From assembly GCA_965153285.1 (NCBI GenBank), contig OZ229116.1: 64,000 nucleotides of DNA; one strand, written 5' to 3'. This DNA is from Podarcis tiliguerta. Its lineage: Eukaryota. Numbering within the stretch: position 1 is the first letter of the stretch; every line of letters starts with the position of its first letter. The notes beneath the pieces were generated by a model. It worked only from the letters and a program-made list of their open reading frames with translations. It did no database searches and was not told where the DNA came from. A program made the translations under genes and the position numbers. Below, piece by piece: positions 50,301-62,713 of the stretch.

Positions 50301-51047
50301 AGAAAGACTTAGAGCAAACAGTGCAAAAGCAGAGTCTTCAGCAGAAGAAAGATTTCCTTTGCAGTCAGAAATGGTTTCTAATAGCACACAGCTTTGAGTT
50401 TACACCTGCCAGTCTGTAAAAGTTGAGAAGACACTCACTAGTGTCACCAAGAGACAAAAAACCAAGATAAAGCTATGCATGTGAACAAGTGGGACTTAAT
50501 TATCCAGATAATAAAGATGTGAAAGGGGGGAAAATGGCTTAGTTGCTTCATTTTAATGCTTCATTTCCTTTTCCTTTTAATAAGTAATTCGGAATTAGTT
50601 CATTTGTTTTGGTTTTCCCAATCATTTTGATGAGACATTCATCCATTCTTCTGCTGCCTGCATCCTTTGTGTTTTCCATCAAACGGCGTATTTTCTGGTC
50701 TTCTGCTGCCAACCATCCATGCACCAGCCCTACCATATTTCAGACAGATGGGCAAAGCATACCCATTTTATAGACAAGTTGATTTTTTTATACACTACAT
50801 TACATTTTTTACATTAATTTCACTGGGAGACCCAGCTGTATTCCAGCTTGTCACTTGTCTGCCTGAAATTCTCAAAGGCATTTTTCCAGAACTTGTGATA
50901 GGCAGAGATGCAATAATTTTCTTCATTTGCCACATTGGGAATGGCCAGCAGGATTCAACAAGGATCATAAACAAAATTTCACAAGCTGTCTGTACAGCTT
51001 GAACCCTCATGAATTGTATCTGATTTTTTTTTAAAGCTGCTGCTGCT

Positions 51048-51496
51048 GTTTTATTTATGCCCCACCCATCTGTCTGGGTTTCCCCAGCTACTCTTGATGG
51101 CTTCCAACACACCTATAAAAACACCAAACATTTAAAACTTCCTGATACAGGGCTGCCTTCAGGTGTCTTCTGAAAGTTGCATAGTTACTTGTTGCATTGT
51201 TATTTATCTCCTTGACATCTGGGAGGGTGTTCCCTAGGCCAAGGCCTGCCACTGCCTAGAAGGTCCTCTGCCTGGTTCCCTGTAGCTTTGCCTCTTGCAG
51301 TGTGGCAACTGCCAGAAGGCCCTTGGAGCTGGACCTCAGTTTCTGGGCTGAGCAATGGGGGTGGAGATGCTCCTTCAGGTATACTGGGCTGAGGCTGTTT
51401 AGGGCTTTAAAGGTCAACACAACACTTTGATTTGTGCTCGGAAACATACTGGGAGCCAATGTAGGTCTTTCAGGACAGGTGTTATATGGTCTCAGC
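51048..51496 (-). mobile_element. L2 LINE 3' end
   Basis: VLTFKALNSLSPVYLKEHLHPH...LRSSSKGLLAVATLQEAKLQGTRQR. Confidence 0.85.
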
Positions 51497-51497
51497 C

Positions 51498-51660
51498 GTG
51501 GATAGGCAAACTGAGGCCCAGGGGCCGGATCCAGCCCAATCACCTTCTAAATCCAGCCCGCAGAGGGTCCGAGAATCAGCATGTTTTTACATGAGTAGAA
51601 TGTGTGTTTTTATATTAAAATGCATCTCTGGGTTATTTGTGGGGCATAAGAATTCGTTGC
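51498..51660 (+). mobile_element. Partial hAT MITE (25637 family)
   Basis: Shares cagcccaatc...catgtttttacatgagtagaatgtgt...gcatctctgggttatttgtggggcata with the 25637 and 37304 copies. Confidence 0.75.
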
Positions 51661-51706
51661 AGTAGTCCGAGGGGGGGGGGGCAGATAACCAGTAGTAGTG
51701 ACACGT

Positions 51707-51733
51707 GTAGTAGTAGTAGTAGTAGTAGTAGTA

Positions 51734-51775
<42 letters not shown>
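51707..51775. repeat. (AGT)n(AAT)n compound microsatellite at an L2 tail
   Basis: Direct reading. Confidence 0.95.
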
Positions 51776-52078
51776 TATTTATACCCTACCCATCTGGCTG
51801 GGTTTCCTCAGCCACTCTGGGTGGCTACCAACAGAATTGATGATGATGATGATGATAATAAAAGTAATAAAACCCCAGACATTAAAAACTTCCCTAAACA
51901 GGGCTGCCTTCAGATGTCTTCTAAAAGTCAGATAGTTGTTTATTTCCTTGACATCTGGTGGGAGGGCGTTCCACAGGGCAGGCGCCACTACCGAAAAGGC
52001 CTTCTGCCTGGTTCCCTGTAACCAACTTCTCGCAGGGAGGGAACCACCAGAAGACCCTCGGAGCTGGACCTCAGTGCA
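51735..52078 (-). mobile_element. L2 LINE 3' end
   Basis: QGTRQKAFSVVAPALWNALPPDVKEINNYLTFRRHLKAALFREVFNV. Confidence 0.88.
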
Positions 52079-52206
52079 CTGCTGATCTTTATCTGGCACC
52101 CAACTGGGGTTGACAATCTGATTTCTTTCTGTTTATATTCCACTGTCCATGACAAGAGGGTGTTCAAAGCTGTGCTAGACTTCTGGGTCAGGTTACATGT
52201 TGTACT

Positions 52207-52317
52207 CACTTGCCAGACACGCACAGCAGCCGCCTGTGTTGCAGGTAGAGAAATACAGTCCACTTGCCAGACACACACAGCAGCCACCTGTGTTGCAGGT
52301 AGAGAAATACAGTCCAC
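52207..52317. repeat. 54-bp tandem duplication
   Basis: CACTTGCCAGACAC(G/A)CACAGCAGCC(G/A)CCTGTGTTGCAGGTAGAGAAATACAGTC twice, 2 mismatches. Confidence 0.9.
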
Positions 52318-55300
52318 CTTGTAAGGATTCTGGCACCTCAGCAGTCTTTGGCAATTCACTGCACTGCAAAAGATACGTAAGCGTGCTGTGTGGGTTTCTA
52401 TGTCCACCTTTAACCGGGTATTACTAATTGCCTGTGATTTTCAGTCATTGAGGTTGGGCCTTCCGGTGAACTGTATGTACCTGTTAACAGCAGGTGGACT
52501 TGACTTGTCCTCTTTGCTCCTGGTGGTAGTGTACAATTTGTTGTCCATTTTTATTTGGTTTGTGCTCTGTTGCATCCAGTGTTTTTATTTGAATGGATTT
52601 TCAATGCTCCAGTTAAATTACTAGACAAATGAGTAACTTGATAGTATCTGTCTATCTTAAGTTGCTTATTTATATGCCTTGTAACACAGACAACTTGGCC
52701 AGAGTCTGGAATATGAGGAAATCTAGTTGGATTCATCTCTGATTTATTTTGAACTGATGCTGCTCAAATTTTGGAGACCTTGCCCTGTCCTGGATGCAGC
52801 TTTTCTTTAGAGAGGTACATGAAACAAGCTGGGCATGTTGGACTGAGTAACTTTGGAAGGAGAGCAATGGGCATGTGGACTATTGCTATAGATGGGTGAC
52901 AGAAGATAGGTATGATTCTTTGGCCTTAAATAGAGGAGTTCTGTGAATGGTATATATATTAAATCTGGATGTGTAACAGCATATTCTGTTTGCCCTTAGA
53001 TGAGTTTACAGGGTCACGTACTTCCTTTGAGTTCAGTTAGATTAGTTTAAGAGACAAAGCCTTCAAGACTTCTCACTTGGAGTGTGATTATATCATTGCT
53101 TGCTTGCTTGTTCTCTGCATTGAGAATCTTTTGATATAAAAGCAGATTGTAAATTTTCTAAATACATAAGATAAACTTCACGGATCATAGGATAGTTAAA
53201 AATATTTGACTTCATTGCCCTCAGATGGTTACATCTTTCCATTCAGCTGAGAACTATGTGGGCAATTTTAAGCATTCCAGTGATGGCGGCAGCTCCAGAA
53301 ACTCAGTAGAACCCTAGTAACTTCACATTGCTCCTGTCTGACACCTCCCTGTGGGACAGGAGCTTCCCCCCCCCCCTTGGGGCTGGAGAGAGGAGTACTC
53401 TCCAGAGAAGCGAGAGTGCCCTGCTGTGTCTCGAGATATGATTATCACTTTCCCTAAGAGTGTTCACACACAGTGTCAAAAGAATGTAAAAAATGAGAAG
53501 TGTTAACTTTAGAGATTCATAAACTCCAGGCCAGACATTTTTTTGAGACTGTGTCACAAGACACTTGACATCAGGGGTTTTAATTCAAGGCAATTGTATC
53601 ATACCCAAGGATTCCAAGCCTTCGTGAATGAAGGCATCTGATTATGAGCATCTAACAGGCTGACACTTCAGAATGTGATGCCGGTGCTTGAGAAGAGCAT
53701 CTTCAGAAAAGGAAGCTGACCTTGCCATTTAGCTCTGTAGATGCAGGGATGCTGATCTATCTGTCCCCTTTGGTCCAGACATAGCAGCATTCTGCTGCTG
53801 CTTGGAGCCTGTGACTGAAACTGGCTAGTCTGTTCAGATTGCCAGCTCTGTAAGGATAGCAGACTTCACAAACCAGCATTCTCCAATATGTTGCCCTTCA
53901 GAGGTTTCAGCTTTCATCAGCCTTTGTTAGCATGGGCTGCCGAAAACTGGGAAGTTAGTTTTAGGGAATAAATGGAACACATTTCTTACAGTGTCTTAAC
54001 ATCTAATCCTCAGAGATATTGCGGCAAAAGCTTCAATCCGACGGATTGGCCATGAGCCAATGTAGCACTTAACTGCCAAGATTGTAATAATTTGATTCAT
54101 ATTTGCAATAGCCCTATGAACAACTCAGTGCTGCATCCTATACCTGAGCCAGAATCAGGAGTTCAGTTAGCCACCCACCTACCTATTCCAACACATAGTA
54201 AGTAGCTGTATAATCTCTCTTCTATGCAAGGCAGACGCTGATCAGGAAATTGTATGCTTAGTTTTCATAAGTCAGTCATTGTGGAGTCTGACTCACGGGT
54301 TCCTGTGTGGTTGTGGAATTCCTGCAGGGTGACTGTTGCCTTGATCTCTTTTCTGGATACCTGTTTGAATGGCAGCTATTTACAGATTTTGCCAGAAAAA
54401 TTGCTTTGAAGATATGCTGGAAGCCAAAAGCCAGGTGGGTGGGTGGATAGCAGCAGGTTGCTCCATTAAGGGCCTGCACAAGTTGTGAGCCCATCGGGGG
54501 CTCTTGGCTGGGACATCTTCAGTTTGGTCAAAAGTTGTGCAGGGCTGACTCAGCCATAGACCATTAAGGTCTTGGCAGAGAATGTGGGAGAGTCAGCAGT
54601 GGCCGAACCAGGCAAGCGGCTTTTTCTTCCGCCAGTGTGCTGGAGGTTGAGAAATCCATTCTGGATGGTAAGATGGTGGTTACACTGGAAATTCTGCTAC
54701 CTTTTTGCACTTGATTTGATTTCTCAGAGGACAAAGAGCAGCCAGACATTCCCACTGTGTTGATTCATTAGAGAGAAATATTTGTCAGACTTGGAATGAT
54801 TAGTTCCCCATGCACAGCTGCCAGGTGAACTTGCTTTCTCAAGCAGGCTCTCTGTGTGGCATTAATATAGACCACTGTCCTTCTGATAAGTATGTTGAGC
54901 CAGAATGTTGTACACTTACTTCTCAAAAATCATTTTTTTTCTTTGTTCTAATGGATGATGATTGCCATTTGAAAAGCTTTGTTCATGAGAGTTAAGATGT
55001 TTCCTACTTTCCCACTTCCTACACTTCTGGTGCCTTCTGCATTATTATTGTTATTATTGTTGTTGTTGTTATTAATTATTATTTTGTATATCGCCCTGTA
55101 CCTGCATGGTACAGGTTTGTAAACTTTTTATTCTTGCTGCCATGTGGTCAGGTGGAAACAAATAGTATAAAGCTAGAAAGTGTTTCCTGCTTTGCGGTGA
55201 TGGCCCATTTTTGTCCTGGGATCCAACACTGGTAATCATACCAGACTCTCGAAGGAAGCTGGCAGCTGGGGCACCGAACTGGCCCAAGCCTTCAGAGCCA

Positions 55301-56642
55301 CTAGAGAGATAACTGGCATAGGTTGAATCCCACCTGGGGAATCTGGATGGGAACGATGATGCGGCCATTCCAGCATTCCTTGGCATATATGAGCCCTTTT
55401 CTGGATGGTGTGCCTGCTGGGGAAATGGCTTCACTTTTTGTTGGAAAGTTATTAACAATGACTGTGGGGACAAGTTCCACCCATGAAAAGGGAATCGTTC
55501 TACATGTGCACTGCTTTCTCTCATCCATGCATGAGTCTAACCTCCACCCACCCACCCACCACATTCTCACTAGGCCTTCTATCTTACTGGGAAGTCAACA
55601 AACCTTTCTGGTCTTTGGGCTTTTTGAGAGAAACGGCAGGCAAACAAGAGAGGAGAGCTGGCAAATCACCATGGTGGCACCTCATCTTTGCAATGCCCTC
55701 CCTAGAGAGGCTTGCCTGGCATCAACTCATTTATCTTTCCAGCACCAGGTGAAGACTTTTTAATGTGTGCATGCCTTTTGCTTATTTTCATATTGCATCC
55801 TCTTACTAGTTTGAGTTTTGTGGCTTGTGATGGGGGTGAGCGGTGGTCCTACTTGCCTTAGCCAGCACCCCCTTGCACTCCTGCTGGCAGGGCAGAAATA
55901 AGGGTGGAAGAGAGCTCTGGGGGTTCCTCTGGTTTTCTCCCAGGTTTGTTTTGTTTTTTAAATAAAAGAACACTTCATTTGGAAAGCAATAAGAAGGAAT
56001 TAAAGGGGCTTGAGCTCTGTTCTGCTCTTGTCACCCCTCTTTCCCGCCCCAAATACTCCTGCTGTATGACACAGTCTGCATCAGAGCACCCACAGTGGTG
56101 AGTCAGCGTTGGCTGTGCTAGCACAGAAGTTTGCAGTGATGCGTATAGATCTGTGCAAACCATCTACCTTGTCCCCAGTTCCCAGAGCAGAAATATTTGG
56201 TGGATGTTTCAACCAGGCCCTTTTAAAACTCATTTGTAATACCTCTTTAAGGATGTTTTACTCAGGATTTCCTGACAAAGGTATTGAAAATCATTCAGCT
56301 TAGAAACATGGTCATTTACTAAGTGTTCAGCCTGTGTCTTCAATTAAATAAAACATTGGATTGAAAATTATATTGCTCTTCTGTCTTGAGTAAAACTCAT
56401 ATTGAAAACTAGATATCAGAGGTTTGTCTGCCTAGAGGAATGGCTGACATACTTTTGCAAGCAACATTCCTCTGTTTTGGGTTGTGCTGGCATTTGCCTC
56501 TTTCCTGGCATAAAAACAAGGTGTTCCTCATCTGCCATTAGTTAGGTGCTCATGAGTACCTGCAAAGAGGAGGGGGGAGCCTAAAGCTAGGCTTGCACCC
56601 ATCTCTAGGCAGAGCAATAGCCCTTGTGTCCAGTAGCCATTA

Positions 56643-56868
56643 CAGTGGTACCTGAGGTTACATACGCTTCAGGTTACAGACTCCCCTAACCTAGAAATAG
56701 TGCTTCAGGTTAAGAACTTTGCTTCAGGATGAGAACAGAAATTGTGCTCTGGCAGCACAGCAGCAGCGGGAGGCCCCACTAGCTAAAGTGGTGCTTCAGG
56801 TTAAGAACAGTTTCAGGTTAAGTACGGACCTCTGGAACGAATTAAGTACTTAACCTGAGGTACCACTG
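56643..56868 (-). mobile_element. Tc1/pogo MITE (same family as 35737, inverted)
   Basis: TA|CAGTGGTACCTGAGGTTA ... TAACCTGAGGTACCACTG|TA; body is the reverse complement of the 35737 copy. Confidence 0.9.
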
Positions 56869-57105
56869 TATCCGTCTTGTCTAAGGAGAATACCTTTATC
56901 CTCCACAATTTTGTCTTTTAAAGACATCTAAATTCCTCTAACCTTTTCAGCATGGTTCTTTTTAGGGGTGCTGTTCAATCAGTGCTAGCCTCAGTTTGAT
57001 AGTTGGCCCACTGATGTTGATGGACCTGAGTAGCTAAGGTTCAGGTCTACTCTGAGTGGAACTTGATGGAATATAACTCTTTGCTGTTGCTTTTGTGCCT
57101 TTCAG

Positions 57106-57189
57106 CAGAGAAAGTCGTACCTGGAGCGGAGTGTGAAGGAAGCTGAAGATAACATCCGGGAAATGCTGATGGCTAGAAGAGCACACTGA
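57106..57189 (+). CDS. PFDN1: Prefoldin subunit 1, exon 4 (QRKSYLERSVKEAEDNIREMLMARRAH*)
   Basis: Acceptor cctttcag|; conserved C-terminus; spliced CDS 369 nt = 122 aa + stop. Confidence 0.97.
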   Translation, partial: QRKSYLERSVKEAEDNIREMLMARRAH

Positions 57190-57341
57190 GGGTTTCAGCC
57201 CCACCACTGCCTGCCCCTTACCTTTGGACTGAACAGTTGGAAGCCAAGCATGTTTGAAACCTTGCAATATAGAACTACCTGTTGAAGACACAAGGAGCTT
57301 GAGTTATGTCATGTCAAACCCGCCCTGTATTTTGGTGTACC

Positions 57342-57347
57342 AATAAA
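57342..57347 (+). terminator. PFDN1: Polyadenylation signal, PFDN1
   Basis: AATAAA ~150 nt after the stop, followed by GT/T-rich sequence. Confidence 0.75.
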
Positions 57348-59543
57348 TCCTTTCTGTGTTATATAACGTGGTTGCCCGACCTGTCCTGGGTTCTGTGTTA
57401 ACAGGGACGTTTTTCAGACGCCTCTTCTGTTGTTCCGCATCTGCATTATTCTAGTTTCAACTTCCCACAATTTTTTCTGTTGAAAACCGAGCTGTAGTTC
57501 AAGAATAGGGCCTGGTCAGCCTTGGTCTGTTCTGCACCATCAGCAATAAGCACGAGGTCTTTGCGGAAAGGAACTGGTGTTTTGTTTGTGCTCCTGAATG
57601 CCATGCTTATGCCAGTCAATCTGGGATTAACCTAATTCTGGTTACACCGGGGGGGGGGGGAGGGATTGTGGGGAGATAGAAGCAGAACTCCCGTTCAGAG
57701 TGCTAGGATTCTTTCCGCTTGCCTCCCCTGTAGAAAAAGGTGTGCAGGGCAGTTAATGTCTAGGGACCAGGAACACTATGAAAAGCAGTATGTGCACTGA
57801 CTGGATTTTGGCTTTCAACAGGATTGTGTTTTGGTGTGGCAAAGCTTGAAGTGGGGGATGGATTGCACAGCAAGGCAGATTAGGATGGTGGGAGTGGTTC
57901 ATAGTTGGCATGGCGCAGTCGGAGTGCCCTTTCAGTGGGCAAACAAGCAGCTTGTTGCTGTGAAAGACGCCCATAAACCGTTGCCAAAAATATACCACGA
58001 CTCTGTAACATTTGCAGCCCTTAAAGGGTAAGGGGAGGATGTCATGCTGCTGCCACCTTGTGGCTGATATCTGTACCGTGAAGCCTGCTTCCCCCATTTT
58101 ATCCTCGCAACAACTTGGGTAGATTAGGCGGAGAGACCCAGAGAAATGCTGCCTCCTAGCTGTCCTAATCTGAAACAGCTCATGTTTTATCCATGTTGGC
58201 AGTGCCCCATGAAAATGCCCCTGCTCCAAACTTGAATTAACACAGAAGAGACCAGCTGAGGACAGTATTTCTCCATCTGTAAATGGCAGGGACACTGAGC
58301 CCTCACTTCTGGGGAGATGGGGAGATTGTGCTCAAGTTTCACTTTAAGTAGACCTGTTGAATGTAACTGGCCCAACTTAGTCACACTAATTTCAGTGGGT
58401 CCGCTCTGAGTAATAGATATAGCAGTTACAATCTTATCTGGCGCTGGCAAAAATCTTACCTAAGGTACCGCACCACCATATTTTTTACACACACTCACAC
58501 TCATGCTTATCAGGCTGTATTCAGAGTTAAAATTGCATTATGCTAAATCTAATCTGTTCTGGGAAGAAACCAAGTTATAGTCAGAACTTGAAAAATACCC
58601 CAAGCTCAAGGTGAGCCCATAATTATCCTTCACCCAATGCTTCTCTACAGCCCTCCAGAAGGTATGAATAGCAGTATTAAGCCCTGAGTAGAATCGATTT
58701 TAAACAAAAGGTTGGGCTGAGGGGAAAAGGGGAGGGGTCTGTTGGCACACCGTTGTGCTTTGGGAAGAGCTATTGTAATCTGGATCCCTTTCGGTCTCCC
58801 TGCTGGGGTTCAGGTTCTTGAGTCAAGCTGCCTTTTGCTTACTTCTCTGCAGGAACTAGACTTTCTCCAGTTACAGGCTGCTGCCAACAGATCACTAAAC
58901 AGAAATATTGTCTGTGTAGAGACATCTGATGCTGCCATCTTCTGGTATAAACCCAGTTAATAGATTCTGGCTGTACTTACCAAGTCTAGGCAAGGTAAAC
59001 ACTGACAATCCTCAATTCAGACAACCCTCTAGCCTGTACCAGCTGGTCCCGTCCAAACATGGTTGGACTACAACTCCCATCATCCCTGACCACTGGTTCT
59101 GCTAGCTAGAGATGATGAGAGTTTTAGTTCAACAACATCTTTGGACCCAGAAGAGGGTGGCATGGGAGTGTTGTGGGCGTAATGACACACTCCACTGACA
59201 GAATGACCCGGAACCAAACCCCCGTGCAAAATGGGGATGGCCTTTATGTATAATACTTAGCAGAAGTGGAAAATAATTTAAATTATTCTGCAATATCTGA
59301 ATTATCTGTCATGAAATTATTCTGCAATATCTGAATTCCAAAGAGTCCTCTACAGTGCCATCTGTGCCCTTCCTTGAGGCTTGTAGCCAACAGGTGATAA
59401 CAGAAGCTCCCGGCCTTCAACACTTTGGGTAGAGAAGCTTGTTGGAGGCACCGGTGGAACAGGACTGGCTCAATCCATTTGCTCAGTTGCTGCACACAGG
59501 GGAACACCTGGAAGTGCATTACTGAGCATCAGGCCTTGGTGAT

Positions 59544-60000
59544 CATAGAATCATAGAGTTGGAAGAGACCACAAGGGCCATCGAGTCCAACCCCCTGCCA
59601 AGCAGGAAACACCATCAGAGCACTCCTGACATATGGTTGTCAAGCCTCTGCTTAAAGACCTCCAAAGAAGGAGACTCCACCACACTCCTTGGCAGCAAAT
59701 TCCACTGTCGAACAGCTCTTACTGTCAGGAAGTTCTTCCTAATGTTTAGGTGGAATCTTCTTTCTTGTAGTTTGGATCCATTGCTCCATGTCCGCTTCTC
59801 TGGAGCAGCAGAAAACAACCTTCCTCCCTCCTCTATGTGACATCCTTTTATATATTTGAACATGGCTATCATATCACCCCTTAACCTCCTCTTCTCCAGG
59901 CTAAACATGCCCAGCTCCCTTAGCCGTTCCTCATAAGGCATCGTTTCCAGGCCTTTGACCATTTTGGTTGCCCTCCTCTGGACACGTTCCAGTTTGTCAG
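59544..60000 (-). mobile_element. Young CR1 LINE 3' end
   Basis: Uninterrupted ORF2 tail [32 protein letters not shown]...[13 protein letters not shown]; flanked by TGGTGAT at 59537-59543 and 60001-60007. Confidence 0.94.
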
Positions 60001-60390
60001 TGGTGATGAGGTATTAGTGTACACAGAAGGCACGAACCAGATGTTGTCAACCCTTCTTGGTGCTCCAAACAGGTTCTGGGAACACTTGTGTATTATTTTT
60101 TTTTTAATCCTATCCTTGTTCCTCTTTCTGCGATCAAATGTAGCACAATGCTTCTGAGGAATTTTCATTTCAAAAGAGGCTAGTAAAAGCTGAAGTGTTG
60201 TGCTCCTGTTCATGATTGGGCCGGAGCGGGAGAACAAACGGAGAGCCTGCTGAATCCCTGGCAATGGTGCCATGGGAGTTTTTCCTTGCTTCTGATACCA
60301 GTTGGTGTTGGATTACCATCTCGGAGATTGCTAGCTCCCTCTGGTGGCAGCTATCTGTTAGCAGCACTTTTGTTGCATCTCCGTTGGCTA

Positions 60391-60597
60391 AAGGTAAAGG
60401 TAAGGGGGCCCCTGACCATTAGGTCCAGTCATGGCCGACTCTGGGGTTGCAGCGCTCATCTCGCTTCACTGGCCGAGGGAGCCGGCGTACAGCTTCTGGG
60501 TCATGTGGCCAGCATGACTAAGCCGCTTCTGGCGAACCAGAGCAGCACACGGAAACACCGTTTACCTTGCAGCTGGAGCGGTACCTATCTATTTACT
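60391..60597 (-). mobile_element. 5'-truncated Sauria SINE
   Basis: (ACCTTT)n tail on -; 14-bp TSD ATCTC(C/T)GTTGGCTA at 60377-60390 and 60598-60611. Confidence 0.88.
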
Positions 60598-62251
60598 ATC
60601 TCTGTTGGCTAGTTCGTACTTAAAACTCTCCTTAGCTCCTCATTCTCTAGCTGTCCAGCCAACATCTACATCTTCTGAAATATTGACTGAGAGACTGCAA
60701 AACTGCTCAGATATTTTCAGTTTGCTTCCTGGAAGGGTAAAGAAAACACATTTGTGCTTCTGAAAACCAAGCTTGTATTAAAATTTAATTTAATATAATT
60801 TAAATGTAATTTTTTTAAAACACACACACACCTGTCTAGAACCAAGAGGGAGCTGTAGATTGGCACCATGTGTTTTCTCTCTGTGTGAGAAAGACAGGGG
60901 GTGTATTTACTGCGCAAGTGTTCACACCAATTTAGATTTTATTTCTTCCACCTTTGGTAAGTTTGAGGGACTCTGTGTAGCCTTGTTTTCTTTTGGAAAA
61001 CAATATATTGAAGGTTTCCATTGCAGTGGCTTATTTGACACAAGGCACAGTTGGAGCAGGTCAGCAGGCGCGCACACACCTGGGCGAGCAGCGCCAGGAC
61101 TAAAGTAATGTCTGTCCAACAGCCATGGACCTTACTGTAACTTCATTGCCCAACTGTGCTCTAGCTGCTCTTCTCAGCAGAAAGTCCGACAGATTTATGG
61201 TGCTTTAAATATTCATATTCTGCTGTTCCATGCTAATATTATGATCCACAAAGCAGCTTAACATGAGTATAAGCATGAAGCAGATAAAACTGGCTGCGAT
61301 GCGATTCCAAGAATTTACAATAGTGAGTAGTCTGTTTCTAATTCCTGCTCCTTCCCTAAAAAGATTAGGCCACGCTACAGCCACTTTTCCTAACATCATC
61401 TGTAGCAGTTGAAAGATTCCTGGGAAACATCTGAGAGCATATTGAGCAATATGACAAAGCCACCACAAGCTAGTTCATTATTTTTTCTTACTAGGATAAA
61501 TTAATTTAGATGCTCCATTACCTGCCAAATGAGGTTTTGAAAAATGCCCACTCTCAAGTATCCATGTATTTCAAAGGCATAGTCTTTCAATGCCAAATTG
61601 CTGAGCAACCCCCACCCCTGATAATTTCAAATACATATTACATGCAGTGACAATATATTCTGGCGGCACACTTTAGCTCAACCTTCTCTTTAAGTCCTTG
61701 CTTGATAGCCGCAAGTGACGAGGAACTGCATGCTGGTGAGGACGTTGGGCTGTCCTCCCTTTGCTTGGCACAAAAGGTAAGCCAGCTGCCATGGGAAGGA
61801 CACCCTCTCCTCCTCTAGCCCACAGCAGGCTTCGGAACATTTTCTGCAGGCTAGTAATTTTTGAGGGCTTAGAAAAATGAATCTGCAAGATTGCAGCTTG
61901 ACAGCAAAAACATTTAAGGTCCATTGGACTTGAGAATGTATTTGGCAAGGAAGTTTAAACTGGGAGAAGGAAAGGAATCTTCCTTGAGCCTTTGGTAGAT
62001 TCAGCACAAGCTCATCAAATATTTTTCCAGCAAGCTTAAGGTAGGAAAAAGGTGCTAAGTTCTTCACAGTATGTAGCCCTGCTATTCAGTTAAATACATC
62101 TGAAGCAGCTTAAGCAGAGGCTAGGTCCAAAAGAGCTTTTGGGGAACAAACAGGCAACTAACTATTGGGCATTTCTATCTTCGGGTGCCCTCTAAACACA
62201 CACAGAATAACAAAAACTGACCAATACTCTTCATATTACTGGACCCAAATC

Positions 62252-62257
62252 TTTATT
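62252..62257 (-). terminator. CYSTM1: Probable polyadenylation signal, CYSTM1
   Basis: TTTATT on + (AATAAA on -), ~460 nt downstream of the CYSTM1 stop. Confidence 0.6.
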
Positions 62258-62598
62258 GAGCCCAATTTGTTAAACCAGAAGTGGAAGCAAGTAAGAAAAA
62301 CAAAATGATTGGCTTAAATTATTGCATATTATTCCATTTCTAAGAATGGTAAAAATTATAAATACATAATTTGTAGTAAAAGCCTTTTTGCCAAAAAAAA
62401 TATTTAGCACATTCTTTAAAGAACCACAAAGTTGTAGAAACAATGCTATAAAGACGTGGGGGGGGGGGAGGGAGGTTTTCCTCCACTAAAACTAAAAAGT
62501 GCATAACCAACGTCACGGTGCTATCTCTAAGGCAGGCAGGTGTTACTGTCGCCTGTGCAAAGCAGATTTTTCATTACAGTACTAAAAAAGCAGTTGAG

Positions 62599-62606
62599 AG
62601 GGGAGA

Positions 62607-62637
<31 letters not shown>

Positions 62638-62663
62638 GGAGGAGAAGAAGAAGAAGAAGAAGA
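62599..62663. repeat. (GGA)n(GAA)n purine tract in the CYSTM1 3'UTR
   Basis: Direct reading. Confidence 0.9.
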
Positions 62664-62713
62664 ATGCATAGCACTCCAAGTCAGAGGTACTGAGGCTTGG
62701 CTTCTCAGGGCAC

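Noticed and set aside
54575-54670. Possible cassette exon in PFDN1 intron 3 (cag|...GATG|gtaaga)
   Set aside because: Weak polypyrimidine tract and no recognisable coding similarity
2340-62470. Scattered poly-G/poly-C runs of about 10-13 nt
   Set aside because: They show no spacing pattern and are error-prone in assemblies; no function is supportable
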